DNA from: Okamejei kenojei
Taxonomy: Eukaryota
Length of the DNA: 64,000 bases
Assembly (NCBI GenBank): GCA_035221665.1
Contig: CM069154.1
Location: forward strand, 9,114,001-9,178,000
Direction of reading: 5' to 3'
Below are positions 50,181 through 63,065 of this stretch, one piece after another (the stretch's first letter is position 1; every line of letters starts with the position of its first letter). Below the pieces are notes generated by a model. It searched no databases, had not been told where the DNA came from, and saw only the letters and a program-made list of their open reading frames with translations. A program made the translations under genes and the position numbers.

Positions 50181-50405
50181 AGTAACACAGTGGGACAGGC
50201 AGCATCTCTGTCTAGAAGGAATGGGTGATGTTTCATGTCGAGACCCTTCTTCAGCAGTAACTCAGCGGGACAGGCAGCATCTCTGTCTAGAAGGAATGGG
50301 TGATGTTTCATGTCGAGACCCTTCTTCAGCAGTAACTCAGCGGGACAGACAGCATCTCTGTCTAGAAGGAATGGGTGACGTTTCAGGTCAAGACCCTTAT
50401 TCAGG
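50181..50405. repeat. Three tandem 75-bp units of the Penelope-derived terminal repeat
   Basis: Units start at 50181, 50256 and 50331. Confidence 0.85.
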
Positions 50406-50769
50406 AGTAACTTCAGCATCTTCTGTCTATCTGCACCATTAGAGGTTCCAGCTTTCAGGTGAGATGTTAAAATGAGTCCGTGGCTATTCTCGGGATGGAT
50501 ACAAAAATCTCTGGAACTGCTGCACTATAATCCTGAGAACTATATTCTGCACTCTGTATCATCCCCTTCACTCTACCTATCGTACATGAGTTTGATTGTA
50601 TTTATATATAGTATTATCTGATTTGATATCATGCAAAACAAAGTTTTATATTGTACTCCGTTGCATGTGACATCGCTAAACGTAAACCTTAATCTAGATG
50701 ACTTCCATGCAGAACGTGCCACTGTCACTCCCTAACATTAACTCTGAGTAATTGTTTCCATCCTCGGCA

Positions 50770-51120
50770 CCTCGAATGGCCAGGAATGCAGGAGATAACA
50801 AAAAGTGATGGACACTGCCCGGTCCATCATGTGTCCTTATCTCCCCACCATTAAAGGGGTCTGCAGGAGTCGCTTCCTCAATAAGGCAGCCAGCATCATC
50901 AAGGACCCACACCACCCCGGCCACGCTCTCATCTCACCACTGCCATCGGAAAGAAGGAACAGGAGCTTGAAAACTGTAACGTCCAGGTTCAGGAACAGCT
51001 TCCTACCATCAAACATCAGGCTTTTTGACCGCTACAAACACCAAACAAACCGAACTATGAACTGCCTAGATTGCACTCGGGACTTTGGGCATTTATTTTG
51101 CACTAATATTGTTTCTTAAA
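50770..51120 (+). mobile_element. Rex1-like LINE 3' fragment
   Basis: [22 protein letters not shown]...RFRNSF matches the C-terminus of the 54513 ORF. Confidence 0.8.
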
Positions 51121-51482
51121 ATGTATTGAACTTTCTTTTGTTTGTTGTATTATCTATACTCACTGTGTCCTCAGTCTGAAGAAGGGTCTTAATCCATAAT
51201 GTCACCTATTCCTTTTCTCCAGAGATGCTGCCTGACCCGCTGAGTTATTCCAGTCCAGAATCAGGGACAGTTTCTTCCCAGCTGTTATCAGGCAACTGGA
51301 CCATCCCACCGCAACTAGAGAGCCGTTCTGAACTACTGTCTAACTCATTGGTGCACCCCGGATTATCTTTGATGGGACTTTACTGACTTTACCGTGCACT
51401 GAATATTATTCCCTTCTCGTGTTTCGGTACACTGCTTTTTGTCTCTATCTCTGTGTTCACACACAGGTGAGCAGGTGCAGGT

Positions 51483-52001
51483 AACATAGAAACATAGAAA
51501 ATAGGTGCAGGAGTAGGCCATTCGGCCCTTCGAGCCTGCACCGCCATTCAATATGATCATGGCTGATCATCCAACTCAGTATCCCATACCTGCCTTCTGT
51601 CCATACCCTTTAGCCACAAGGGCCACATCTAACTCCCTCTTAAATATAGCCAATGAACTGGCCTCAACTACCTTCTGTGGCAAAGAATTCCAGAGACTCA
51701 CCACTTTCTGTGTGAAAAGTGTTTTCCTCATCTCGGTCCTAAAGGATTTCCCCCTTATCCTTAGACCATGACCCTTTGTTCTGGACCTCCCCAACATCGG
51801 GAACAATCTTCCTGCATCTAGCCTGTCCAACCCATTAAGAATTTTGTAAGTTTCTATAAGATCCCCCCTCAATCTTCTAAATTCTAGTGAGTACAAGCCG
51901 AGTCTATCCAGTCTTTCCTCATATGAAAGTCCTGACATCCCAGGAATCAGTCTGGTGAACCTCCTCTGTACCCCCTCTATGGCAAGAATGTCTTTCCTCA
52001 A
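51483..52001 (-). mobile_element. CR1/HER1 LINE 3' fragment
   Basis: ORF EGVQRRFTRLIPGMSGLSYEERLDRLGLYSLEFRRLRGDLIETYK...WNSLP; (tttctatg)n tail. Confidence 0.9.
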
Positions 52002-53499
52002 ATTTGGTAAGAATTTAATTGTTCTGTTTTTGGTACATACGACAGTGAAACACTCTTGGCTCCCTTTCTTGATTTATTGAACAACGTAAAGGCGTCTGAG
52101 AAGAGAACTTGCTGCAATCTGAAACCACACTTTCCCATGGACAAGTGTCCTGAAGCAAGAGAAATCTTCCCCGTCGACAACCAAAGGCACAGAGTTGTGG
52201 AGTAACTCAGCAGGTCACGCAGCATCTCTGGAGAACATGGAAGGGTGACGTTTCCGCAGCGGGGCCTTCTTCAGAATGGGACCCTTTATTGACATTTACC
52301 CTGTCTTCAGGGTGGTGAATGTGTGGAATTAATTGCCACAGAAAGCTGTGGAGGCCAAGTCAGTGGATGCTTATACAATACGATACGACACGATAAAACT
52401 TTATTTATCCCAGGGGGGAAATTGGTCTGCCAACAGTTATAAAACAGAACAAGATACCTGAAACGTGAACTTAAAGTGACGAGTGGAAAGTCCAGGCTTG
52501 TGGATGTGCAAAGATTGGTGCGGGGCGGGGTGAAGGGGAGTCGGTCTACCGCATGACAGAAGGGGGAGGAGTTGTACAGTTTTATAGCCACAGGGAAAAA
52601 TGATATCCTTTAAGGCCCAGATTGATAGATTCGTGATTAGTATGTGTGTCAGGGGAAATGGGTAGAAGGCAGGAAGGAGAATGGGGTTGAGAGGGAAAGA
52701 TAGATCAGCCATGATTAAATGGCGGCGTAGACTTGATGGGCCGAATGGCCAAATTCTGCTCCTATAAACTTATACACGTCACCCCATTGCAATAGACAAT
52801 GTCGATATTCTGTTGCAGCTGTTTGGTGTCTGCTTACAATGCAATCTGCACTTTGGGTTGAATCACGATCATCGGAAGTGGGTTAATGTCACCACAAGGT
52901 TCTTATCACTGGGACCCACAGCAATATCCCATCCATTAGAACGTGAAGTGTTGCTAACTTCTAACCTCACCCATCTGTCCATAATGAGTGAGTGCCCATA
53001 AATTGTTCAGATGGTTGTGAAGTGGATAATGTCAAAATAGCTTGTTTCCTGTTGTAGCTAATAATAGGTTTTGATTAGTAAACACACACACACAGTGTAA
53101 TAGTGCTGTAGGCCACGGCTAAATATTCCAGGATTCTTTCAGTGGAGTCATGCATTCTTGCAGTCCAGTACCGTTCGAGGTACATTCCAGTGTTTCAAAT
53201 TAGGGCGAATAATGACAGATTCTTTCCACTGCTCAGAAACCTTGTTAACGAGGAGGAGGCATGGTTACCGCACATTTATTTGCAAAGAGAATAATTGGGA
53301 ACGTCACCCACACACTCTCGCGCACACACACACACTCTCTCGTACACACATAAACACACACGCGCGCACACACACTCGCGCATACTCACGCGCAGTGTCC
53401 CCATCCCTGACTCTCTCAGTCTGATGAAGGGTCTCAAAACCCAAAACGTCACCTATTCCTTTTCACCAGAGATGCTGCCTGACCCGCTGAGTTCCTGCA

Positions 53500-53780
53500 G
53501 TCCAGATTCCGTGACATTTCCTTCCCAGCTGTTACCAGGCAACTGAATCATCCTAGCACAACCAGAGAGCAGTCCTGAACTACTATCCACCTCATTGGTG
53601 ACCCTCGGACTACCTTTGATGGGATTTTACCTTGCACTAAACGTTATTCCCACATCATCTATCTGTGCACTGTGAATGGGCTCGATTGTAATCATGTATT
53701 GTCTTTCCGCTGACGGGTTAGCACGCAGCAGAAGCTTTTCACTGTACCTCGGTACACGTGACAATAAACTAAAACTAAAC
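53500..53780 (+). mobile_element. Rex1-like LINE 3' end
   Basis: FPAVxRQLN-type ORF end, then acaataaa and an (actaaa)n tail; related segments at about 51255-51430 and 7470-7830. Confidence 0.6.
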
Positions 53781-54249
53781 AAAGCTTTTTGTGCCTCTCT
53801 TCAAAAGAATCGCACTTTGGGACGTCAGCTTGGAGAGAGAGTAGTCGGATGAAGTGATTACTTCATTAAGCCGTGTCTTATCTCTGCACAACAGCAGCTT
53901 CTTCTAGGTGTCTCTGAAGCAAAATGTGAGTGTAATTTTCTGCTCTGTTAACTGTTACTATCCCACCCTTGACCTCTCCTCCCCGCATCCCTTTGTCAGG
54001 TGAGTGTTTCTCATGTGTATTAATTACCAGTCGCCTCGGGGCACGTCTTTGTGCAGTTCAGACTCCGCTTGATGAGTGTGGGAAATGAGACAATTGGCTT
54101 TCTCACTCACCTGCAGAACAGGTAGGAGATGTCCGGCAAAGGTGGAGCAGACATGGTATATCGGGGTTCACCTGGTTAACGATTAGGTTGAAGTTAGGGT
54201 TCTCCTGGTGTGGGTTTGGGTTCGTAAGTTCATGAATTTAAAGCACTGA

Positions 54250-54494
54250 ATTTAAGGATAAGGGGGAAATCTTTTAGGACCGAGATGAGGAAAACATTTT
54301 TCACACAGAGAGTGGTGAGTCTCTGGAATTCTCTGCCACAGAAGGTAGTTGAGGCCAGTTCATTGGCTATATTTAAGAGGGAGTTAGATGTGGCCCTTGT
54401 GGCTAGAGGGATCAGGGGGTATAGAGAGAAGGCAGGTACGGGATACTGAGTTGGATGATCAGCCATGATCATATTGAATGGCAGTGCAGGCTGA
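54250..54494 (+). mobile_element. CR1 3' fragment, continuing at about 56040-56078 after the Rex1 insertion
   Basis: Near-identical to the 51483-52001 family. Confidence 0.8.
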
Positions 54495-56040
54495 AGGAAA
54501 TCCTTCAGAGGGATGAACCCTCGAAAAGCGTCTGGACCTGATGGCATACCTGGTCGTGTTCTAAAAACCTGTGCGGACCAACTGGCTGGAGTTTTTACGG
54601 ACATTTTCAACCTGTCACTTCTGAGGTCTGAGGTTCCCACCTGCGTCAAAAGGGCATCAATAATACCGGTGCCCAAGAAGAGCAAGGTGACGTGCCTCAA
54701 TGACTATCGACCTGTGGCACTAACGCCTGTGGTGATGAAGTGCTTCGGGAGGTTGATCATGGCGGAAATCAACTCCTACCTTGACAAAAACCTGGACCCA
54801 CTGCAGTTCGCTTACCGCCACAACAGATCAACGGTGGATGCGATCTCGCTGGCCCTCCACTCCGCTCTGGACCACTTGGACAACAAAAACTCATATGTCA
54901 GGCTGTTATTCATTGACTACAGCTCGGTATTTAATACAATCATCCCCTCCAAGCTGGTTACCAAACTCGCAGAACTGGGTCTCTGCGCATCCCTCTGCAA
55001 TTGGATCCTCGACTTCCTCATTCACAGACCACAGTCTGTTCGTATTGGTGGAAATGTGTCAGACTCGATAACAATCAGCACGGGAGCACCTCAAGGCTGC
55101 GTGCTCAGCCCCCTGCTGTACTCACTCTATACTCATGACTGCGTAGCCGGTCATAGTGCGAACTCCATCATCAAGTTCGCTGACGACACCACTGTTGTGG
55201 GACGTATCACTGATGGGGATGAGTCAGAGTACAGAAGAGAGATCGAACGACTGTCCATATGGTGCCAACACAATAACCTGGCCCTCAACACCAGCAAAAC
55301 CAAGGAACTGATTGTGGACTTTGGAAGGAGTAGGATGGGGACCCACAGTCCTGTTTATATCAATGGGTCGATGGTTGAAAGGGTCAAGGGGTTCAAATTC
55401 CTGGGCGTGCACATCTGTGAAGATCTTTCCTGGTCTGAGAGCACAGATGCAATTATTAAGAAAGCTCATCAGCGCCTCTACTTCCTGAGAAGATTACGGA
55501 GAGTCGGTCTGTCAAGGAGGACTCTCTCTAACTTCTACAGGTGCACAGTAGAGAGCTTGCTGACCGGTTGCATCGTGACTTGGTTCGGCAACTTGAGTGC
55601 CCTGGAGAGGAAAAGACTACAAAAAGTAGTAAACACTGCCCAGTCCATCATCGGCTCTGACCTTCCTTCCATCGAGGGGATCTACCACAGTCGCTGCCTC
55701 AAAAAGGCTGGCAGCATCATCAAGGACCCACACCACCCTGGCCACACACTCATCTCCCTGCTACCTTCGAATAGAAGGCACAGGAGCCTGAGAACTGCAA
55801 CGACCCGGATCAGGAATAGCTAATTCCCCACCGCCATCAGGCTATTAAACCTGGCTCGGACAAAACTCTGAACATTAATACCCCTCCATCTGTTATTTGC
55901 ACTTTATTAATTTATTAATTAATGTGAGTATTTACGTATATAATTGTAGTCAATGCCTACTATGTTCTGTTGTGCTATGCAAAGAAAGAATGTCATTGTC
56001 CTGACAATAAACTCTTTTGACTTGACTTTGACTGACTTTG
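54495..56040 (+). mobile_element. Rex1/Babar-clade non-LTR retrotransposon, 5'-truncated, RT ORF 54513-55823
   Basis: 436-aa ORF with [32 protein letters not shown] and FKFLG; 3' aataaa plus (ttgac)n tail; interrupts a CR1 3' end. Confidence 0.92.
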
Positions 56041-56194
56041 AATGGCCTACTCCTGAACCTATTTTCTATGTTTCTATGAATTCATACCCCACGACAGAAG
56101 GCGGAGGAGTTGTACTGTTTGATAGCCACAGGGAAAAAGGATCTCTCGTGGTGTTCTGTGCTGCATCTGGGTAGAACCAGTCTGATGAGGGAGG

Positions 56195-57275
56195 GCAGCG
56201 TAGGTTCACCAGGTTAATTCCGGGATGGCGGGACTGCCATATGTTGATAGAATGGAGCGGCTGGGCTTGTATACTCTGGAAGATTAGAAGGACGAGAGGG
56301 GATCTTATTGAAACATACAAGATTATTAAGGGTTTGGACGCGCTAGAGGCAGGAAACATCTTCCTGAAGTTGGGGGAGTCCAGAACCATGGGCCACAGTT
56401 TAAGAATAAGTGGTAAACCATTTCGAATGGAGATGACAAAAAACGTTTTCACACAAAGGGTTGTGAATCTGTGGAATTCTCTACCTCAGAAGGCAGTGGA
56501 TGCCAATTCTCTGGATGCTTTCAAGAGAGAGTTCTCAAAGATAGCGGAGTCATGGGGATATGGGGAGAAGGCAGGAACGGGGTACTGAGTGGCAGTGCTG
56601 GCTCGAAGACCTATTATCTATTGTCTATTGCTGAAGATTGTCTTTACTCCTTTCAGTATAGGAGTAAAGAGGTTCTTCTGCAGTTGTATAGGGCTCTGGT
56701 GAGACCACATCTGGAGTATTGTGTACAGTTTTGGTCTCCTAATTTGAGGTAGGACATCCTTATGATTGAGGCAGTGCAGCGTAGGTTCACGAGATTGATG
56801 CCTGGGATGGCGGGACTGTCATATGAGGAAAGATTGAAAAGACTAGGCTTGTATTTACTGGAGTTTAGAAGGATGAGAGGATATCTTATAGAAACATATA
56901 AAATTATAAAAGGATTAGACAAGCTAGATGCAGGAAAAATGTTCCCAATGTTGGGGGAGTCCAGAACCAGGGGCCACAGTCTTAGAATAAAGGGGAAACC
57001 ATTTAAGACTGAGGTGAGAAAAAACGTTTTCACCCAGAGAGTTGAGAATTTGTGGAATTCCCTGCCACAGAGGGCAGTGGAGGCCAAGTCACTGGATGGA
57101 TTTAAGAGAGAGTTAGTTAGAGCTCTAGGGGCTAGTGGAATCAAGGGATATGGGGAGAAGGCAGGCACGGGTTATTGATAGGGGACGATCAGCCATGATC
57201 ACAAGGAATGGCGGTGTTGGTTTGAAGGGCTGAATGACCTCCTCCTGCACCTATTTTCTATGTTTCTATGTTTCT
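56195..57275 (+). mobile_element. Two tandem CR1/HER1 LINE 3' fragments
   Basis: ORFs 56241-56588 and 56762-57178 both contain RGDLIETYK-type and WNSLP motifs. Confidence 0.9.
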
Positions 57276-57928
57276 GTGTAAGACGCTCCTCAGGTTATGC
57301 TCCTCAAGTCTATGACTGTCGTAAAGGTTCAGTGGATTCACCCCAAAATTAGGATCAATATTTCTCCCTCAACCTTCACCCAAAACAGATTGTAGAAACA
57401 AGGAACTGCAGGTGCTGGTTTATACCAAAGGTAGACACAATGTGCTGGAGGAACTCAATGGGACTGCCAGCATCACTGGAGACTAAAGATGGGTGACGAT
57501 TCAGGTCAGGACTAAAACAGATTATCTGTTAATTGTCATGTTGCAGATGGAACATTCTGTGCACAGATTGGACCCCTTGCATGTTTACAAGCCTCGCTAA
57601 ATGTCTCTTAAATGCTACTATTTTGTTGTTAATCTATTGGCTTATTATTTTCACTTGTCCCGCAATGCAATGAGAAACATTGTCATAAAGTCACAGAGTG
57701 ATACAGTGTGGAAGCAGGTCCTTCGGCCCAACTTGCCAACACCGGCCAACATGTCCCAGCTACACTAGTCCCACCTGCCTGCCCTTGGTCCATATCCCTC
57801 CAAACCTGTCCCTATCCGTGTACCTGTCTGTTTCTTAAACGATGGGATAGTCCCAGCGTCAACTACCCCCTCTGGCAGCTTGTTCCACACACCCACCGCC
57901 CTTTGTGTGAAAAAGTTACCCCTCGGAT

Positions 57929-57982
57929 GGGGTGGGAGATTGCAACCTTCACGTGGTCTGCCCTGTTTCGACGAATGCAATC
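57929..57982 (+). ncRNA. Minimal HDV/CPEB3-like ribozyme fold (family A, copy 2)
   Basis: GGGGUGG GA GAUUGCA ACC UUCACGU GGU CUGCCCU GUUUCGA CGAA UGCAAUC; all helices are retained. Confidence 0.8.
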
Positions 57983-58032
57983 AACCTGGCGTGCACAATC
58001 AAATAAGATCAAATAGAACAAGTTGTCCTGCA
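57929..58032 (+). mobile_element. Ribozyme-headed retroposon, family A, 3'-truncated, inserted in a CR1 fragment
   Basis: 11-bp TSD acccctcggat at 57918-57928 and 58033-58043. Confidence 0.8.
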
Positions 58033-58562
58033 ACCCCTCGGATTTCTATTAAATCTCTTTCCTGTTCACCATGAACCTGCGTCCCCTAGTCCTCGATTCC
58101 ACCAACTCTGGGCAATAGATTCTGTGCATGGATCCTCTCATGATTTTGTACACCGTGAAATAATGCTGTACTTGCGTACAATCAAGCCATAAATACGAGG
58201 TAGTGCAAAGAGATAAATACCAGGGTGCTGAGAACGACACAAAGCACTGGAGTAACTCAGCGAGTCAGGCAGCACCTCTGGAGAACATGGATAGATGATG
58301 TTTCTGGATCAGGTCCTTCTTACGACTCTTTAGATTTGGGCTGAATGGCAATTTTCCACTCTGTGTGACTCGCTGACTCTGTGACAAGCAACAGAGGTCC
58401 CAGTTACTGATCTCTGCGCAACACCACAGGTCACAGACCCTCAGTCAGAATAACACCCCTCTTGGTCCTCTATGTACAAGCAGATTTTGAGCACAAGCTA
58501 AGTTGGAATACAATCTATCAAGGTTTTTTCTTTGTTCTCCTTTCTCCTGCATTCTTCTTCTT

Positions 58563-58863
58563 TGTTTAGTTTAGTTTAGAGATGCAGCACGGAAACAGGC
58601 CCTTCGGCCCACCGAGTCGCACCGACCAGCGATCCCCGCACACTTGCACTATCCTACACACACAAGGGGCAATCACATTATAATACCACGTCAATTAACC
58701 TACAAACCTGTACATCTTTGGAGTGTGGGAAGAAGCCGAAGATCTCGGAGAACACTCACGCAAGTCACGGGGAGAACGTACAGACAAGCACCCATAGTCA
58801 GGATCGAACCGGGGTCCCTGGAACTGTCAGGCAGTAACTCTACTGCTGTGCCACCATGCCGCA
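58563..58863 (-). mobile_element. HE1-type V-SINE
   Basis: Full reverse-complement copy. Confidence 0.85.
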
Positions 58864-59722
58864 CATCTTCTACTTGATACCAAATAAACTGAATTTAAAG
58901 TTCTCACCTTCTTTAGAATTAATTAATGAATACGTTTATTGGCCAAGTATTCACATACATGGAATTTGCCTTGGTGCTCCGTCCTTTCCTGGCTGTGTTC
59001 CTCCCTCGCTGTGCTATCTGCCCCACTTAATGTGCCAATACGCACACTCTTCTTCTGGTCTGCAGAAGGCTCTCGACCCGAAACGTCATCAATTCCTTCT
59101 CTCCAGAGATGCTGCTTGTCCCGCTGAGTTACTCCAGCTCTTTGTGTCTAGCTACTCTATTCTTACTCTGTCTTCACATCCATACTCCGTCATCAATGGC
59201 AGTGGTTAACTGCCATGGCTCCTTCCTCTGGTACAGTTTTCACTTGTTGACCTTGTTGGTTATGGGGAGAAGGCAGGAGAATGGGCTGAGGAGGGAGAGA
59301 GATCAGAGAGTTGTGAAACTGTGGAATTCTCTGCCACAGAAGGCAGTGGAGGCCAATTCACTGGATGTTTTCAAGAGATATAGCTCTCAGGGCTAACGGA
59401 ATCAAGGGATATAGGGAGAAAGCAGGAACGGGGGTACTGATTTTGGATGATCGGCCATGATCATATCGAATGGCTGTGCTGGCAGAGGGCTGAATGGCCT
59501 CCTCCTGCACCTATTTTCAGTGTTTCTATGTTTCTATCAGCCATGAGTGAATGTGGGAGTAGACTTGGGCTGAATGGCCCAATTCTGCTCTTATGACATG
59601 AAATCTGATATTTTTCATCCTAAAAGTGATGTTATCGTTCGATTTAAAAAACTGAGATTCTACAGGGTTTTCAGGCAAGATATTAAATAGATGCATTTGG
59701 GCAGTAAAATGGTGAAAATTAC

Positions 59723-60022
59723 TTTTAGACTTTAGGGATACAGCGCGGAAACAGACCCTTTGGCCGACCAACGATGGCCCCGTACGTACTGTAACGCTAT
59801 CCTACATACTAGGGGCAACTTTACAACTTACCAAAGTCAATCAACCTACAAACGTGTACGTCTTTGGAGTGTTGAAGGAAACCGGAGCACCCGGAGGAAA
59901 CCCACGTGGTCACAGGGAGAACATGCAAATTCCCCGATCCTGACAGCACTCGTGGTCAGGATCGGATCCGGGTGTCTAGTGCTGTGTGGTTGCAATTCTA
60001 CCGCTACGCCACTGTGCCGCCC
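59723..60022 (-). mobile_element. HE1-type V-SINE
   Basis: Full reverse-complement copy. Confidence 0.85.
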
Positions 60023-60372
60023 TCGAATTTGATTGAATGGCAGAGGGGGCTTGCCCACACCGTCCCATCTACACCCGTCCCCCTTCGCTGCATTTGGCCC
60101 ATATCTCTCCAAATCTGTCCTATCCATGTATCTGTCTATTTCTTCAAACGTTGGGATAGTCCCAGCCTCAACTGCCTCCTCCGACAGCTCGTTCCATACA
60201 CCCACCACATTTTATGTGAAAAAGTTACCTCTCAGATTCCTATTAAATCTTTTATGTGTGGCTTATTGCTGAGTCTCTGCAGTACACAGCTTGGTGGAGC
60301 TCCTGAGCCAGCAGATGAAGGATTCAAGTCCTGTAGAACTGGAGCTCCGATTCTCAGCTTGCCCTTGTGGGT

Positions 60373-61290
60373 AGACATAGAAACATAGAAAATAGGTGCA
60401 GGAGGAGGCCACTCGGCCCTTCGAGCCAGCACCACCATTCATTGTGATCATGGCTGATCGTCCGCTATCAATAACCCGTGCTTGCCTTCTCCCCATATCC
60501 CTTGATTCCACTAGCCCCTAGAGCTCTATCCAACTCTCTTTTAAATCCATCCAGTGATTTGCCTCCACTGCCCACTGTGGCAGGGAATTCCATAAATTCT
60601 CAACTCTCTGGGTAAAAAAGTTTTTTCTCACCTCAGTCTTAAATGACCTCCCCTTTATTCTAAGACTGTGGCCCCTGGTTCTGGACTCATCCAACATTGG
60701 GAACATTTTTCCTGCATCTAACTTGTCCAGTCCTTTTATAATTTTGTATGTTTCTATAAGATCCCCCCTCATCCTTCTAAACTCCAGTGAATACAAGCCT
60801 AGTCTTTTCAATCTTTCCTCATATGACAGTCCCGCCATCCCAGGGATCAATCTCGTGAACCTACGCTGCACTGCCTCAATCACAAGGATGTCCTTCCTCA
60901 AATTAGGAGACCAAAACTGTACACAAGACCCCAGATGTGGTCTCACCAGAGCCCTATACAACTGCAGAAGAACCTCTTTACTCCTATACGGAAAGGAGTA
61001 AAGACAATCTTCAGCAATAGACAATAGACAATAGACAATAGGTGCAGTAATAGGCCATTTGGCTCTTCGAGCCAGCACTGCCACTCAGTACCCCGTTCCT
61101 GCCTGTACACAATACTCCAGATGTGGTCTCACCAGAGCCCTATACAACTGCAGAAGAACCTCTTTACTCCTGTACTGTAATCCTCTTGTTATGAAGGCCA
61201 ACATTCCATTAGCTTTCTTCACTGCCTGCTGTACCTGCACGCCAACTTTCAGTGACCGGTGTACAAGGACACCCAGGTCTTACTGTACCT
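60373..61290 (-). mobile_element. CR1/HER1 LINE fragments, including an inverted copy of 56571-57275
   Basis: ORF 60518-61084 reads [10 protein letters not shown]...EAVQRRFTRLIPG...WNSLP. Confidence 0.9.
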
Positions 61291-61555
61291 CCCCAGCGGT
61301 AGGGCTGTGGATATTCTGCACAGGTGAAGTGGATAGGACCTTCAGTGGAGAGTTGGAGCTGAGTTCTTGTCATTTTGTTAAAGATTTAATATTAATACCA
61401 CTCAAGAAGGCAAGAAAGTTCTTCAGGTGTCTGGGCCAACATGAGGTATTGGTGGTGGGTACACGGAACGAGCTGCCGGAGGAGGTAGTTGAGGCAGGTC
61501 CAACAACAAAATTTAAAGACACTTGAACAGGTACATGGATAGGAAAGGTTTAGAG

Positions 61556-62193
61556 CGGGGGTCTCCATACTATGGTCTGCGGGCCACATTTGGCACGCTA
61601 CGAGATTTTATCCGGCACGCAGCAAGCTCTAAATCAGAAAATTATTAAAAATAATATTTACAGTACAATAAAACAAACTAGAACCCACCACCATAATACA
61701 AGACAAACAAATATACTAAATATACTACTATTCAGCGATGTTACAATCCTTGTCTAATGCATTCCACCCCCTGCTGTGCCCAGCGGTCCCGGAAATCCCA
61801 CAGGGGGCCCATTAAATTTTTCCTATGGCCCCACGTTTCCCGATGTTGGGGGAATCCAGAACCAGGGGCCACAGTTTAAAAATAAGGGGTAAGCCATTTA
61901 GAACGGAGATGAGGAAACACTTTTTCTCACAGAGAGTTGTGAGTCTGTGGAATTCTCTGCCTCAGAGGGCGGTGGAGGCCGGTTCTCTGGATGATTTCAA
62001 GAGAGAGCTGGACAGAGCTCTTAAAAATAGTAGAGTCAGGGGAGAAGGCAGGAACGGGGTACTGATTGGGGATGATCAGATTGAATGGCTCGAAGGGCCG
62101 AATGGCCTACTCCTGCACCTATTGCCTATTGGCCCGCAAAAACATGCCAAATATATAATGTGGCCCTCATGCTGAAAAGTTTGGAGGCCCCTG
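61556..62193. mobile_element. Non-autonomous hAT element containing a CR1 insertion (about 61833-62128)
   Basis: TIR cgggggtctcca / tggaggcccctg; 8-bp TSD gtttagag at 61548-61555 and 62194-62201. Confidence 0.8.
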
Positions 62194-62397
62194 GTTTAGA
62201 GGGACATGGAAGGGCAAATGGGACGAGTGTAGATGGAGCATCTTGGTCAGCATGGACAACTTGGGCTGAAGGGCCTGTATCCACTCTGTATGACTCTGTC
62301 TCTGAGTTTGAAAACCGGCAACACCAGGTTTGAGAGGAAGTGGCTGTCAAGAGGGATTATAGGGGGAAGAACAGTTTGGAATATTTTGTCATGGTGG

Positions 62398-62695
62398 GGT
62401 GGCACGGTGGCGCAGAGGTAGAATCGCCACCTCATAGTGCCAGAGACCCGGTTTTGATCAAGACTACGGGTGCTGTCTGTACGGAGTTTGTACGTTCTCC
62501 CTCTGATCGTGTGGGTTTACTCTGGGTGCTCTGGTTTCAGCCCACACTCCAAAGACGCGCAGGTTTGTAGGTTATTTGGGCTCGGTAAAAATTATAAATT
62601 GTTCCTAGTGTGTGTAGGATAGTGCCGGTGCACGGGGGGGATCGCTGGTCGGCACGGACTCGGTGGGCCGAAGGGCCTGTTTCTAAAATCTAAAG
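62398..62695 (+). mobile_element. HE1-type V-SINE
   Basis: Head, V-domain and tail. Confidence 0.85.
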
Positions 62696-62792
62696 TATAA
62701 AAGTATGAGAATCAATAAAAGTGAAGGATAAATTCCAGGTTTGTAGATTAGTGGGTTTGGGTAAAAATACTAAATTACCCCTGGTGTGAGGG

Positions 62793-63065
62793 TTTAGAAC
62801 GGAGATGAAGAAACAATTTTTCACACAGAAAGTTGTGAGTCTGTGGAATTCTCTGCCTCAGAGGGCGGTGGAGGCCAGTTCTCTGGATAATTTCAAGAGA
62901 GAGCTAGATAGGGCTCTTGAAGATAAGCGGAGTCAGGGGATATGGGGAGAAGGCAGGAACGGGGTACTGATTGGGGATGATCAGCCATGATCACATTGAA
63001 TGGCGGTGCTGGCTTGAAGGGCTGAATGGCCTACTCCTGCACCTATTGTCTATTGTCTATTGTCT
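62793..63065 (+). mobile_element. CR1 3' fragment
   Basis: FFTQKVVSLWNSLPQRAVEA and a (ctattgt)n tail. Confidence 0.85.

Noticed and set aside
50181-50405. CRISPR-like periodic repeat
   Set aside because: The units are contiguous with no unique spacers, and the context is eukaryotic.
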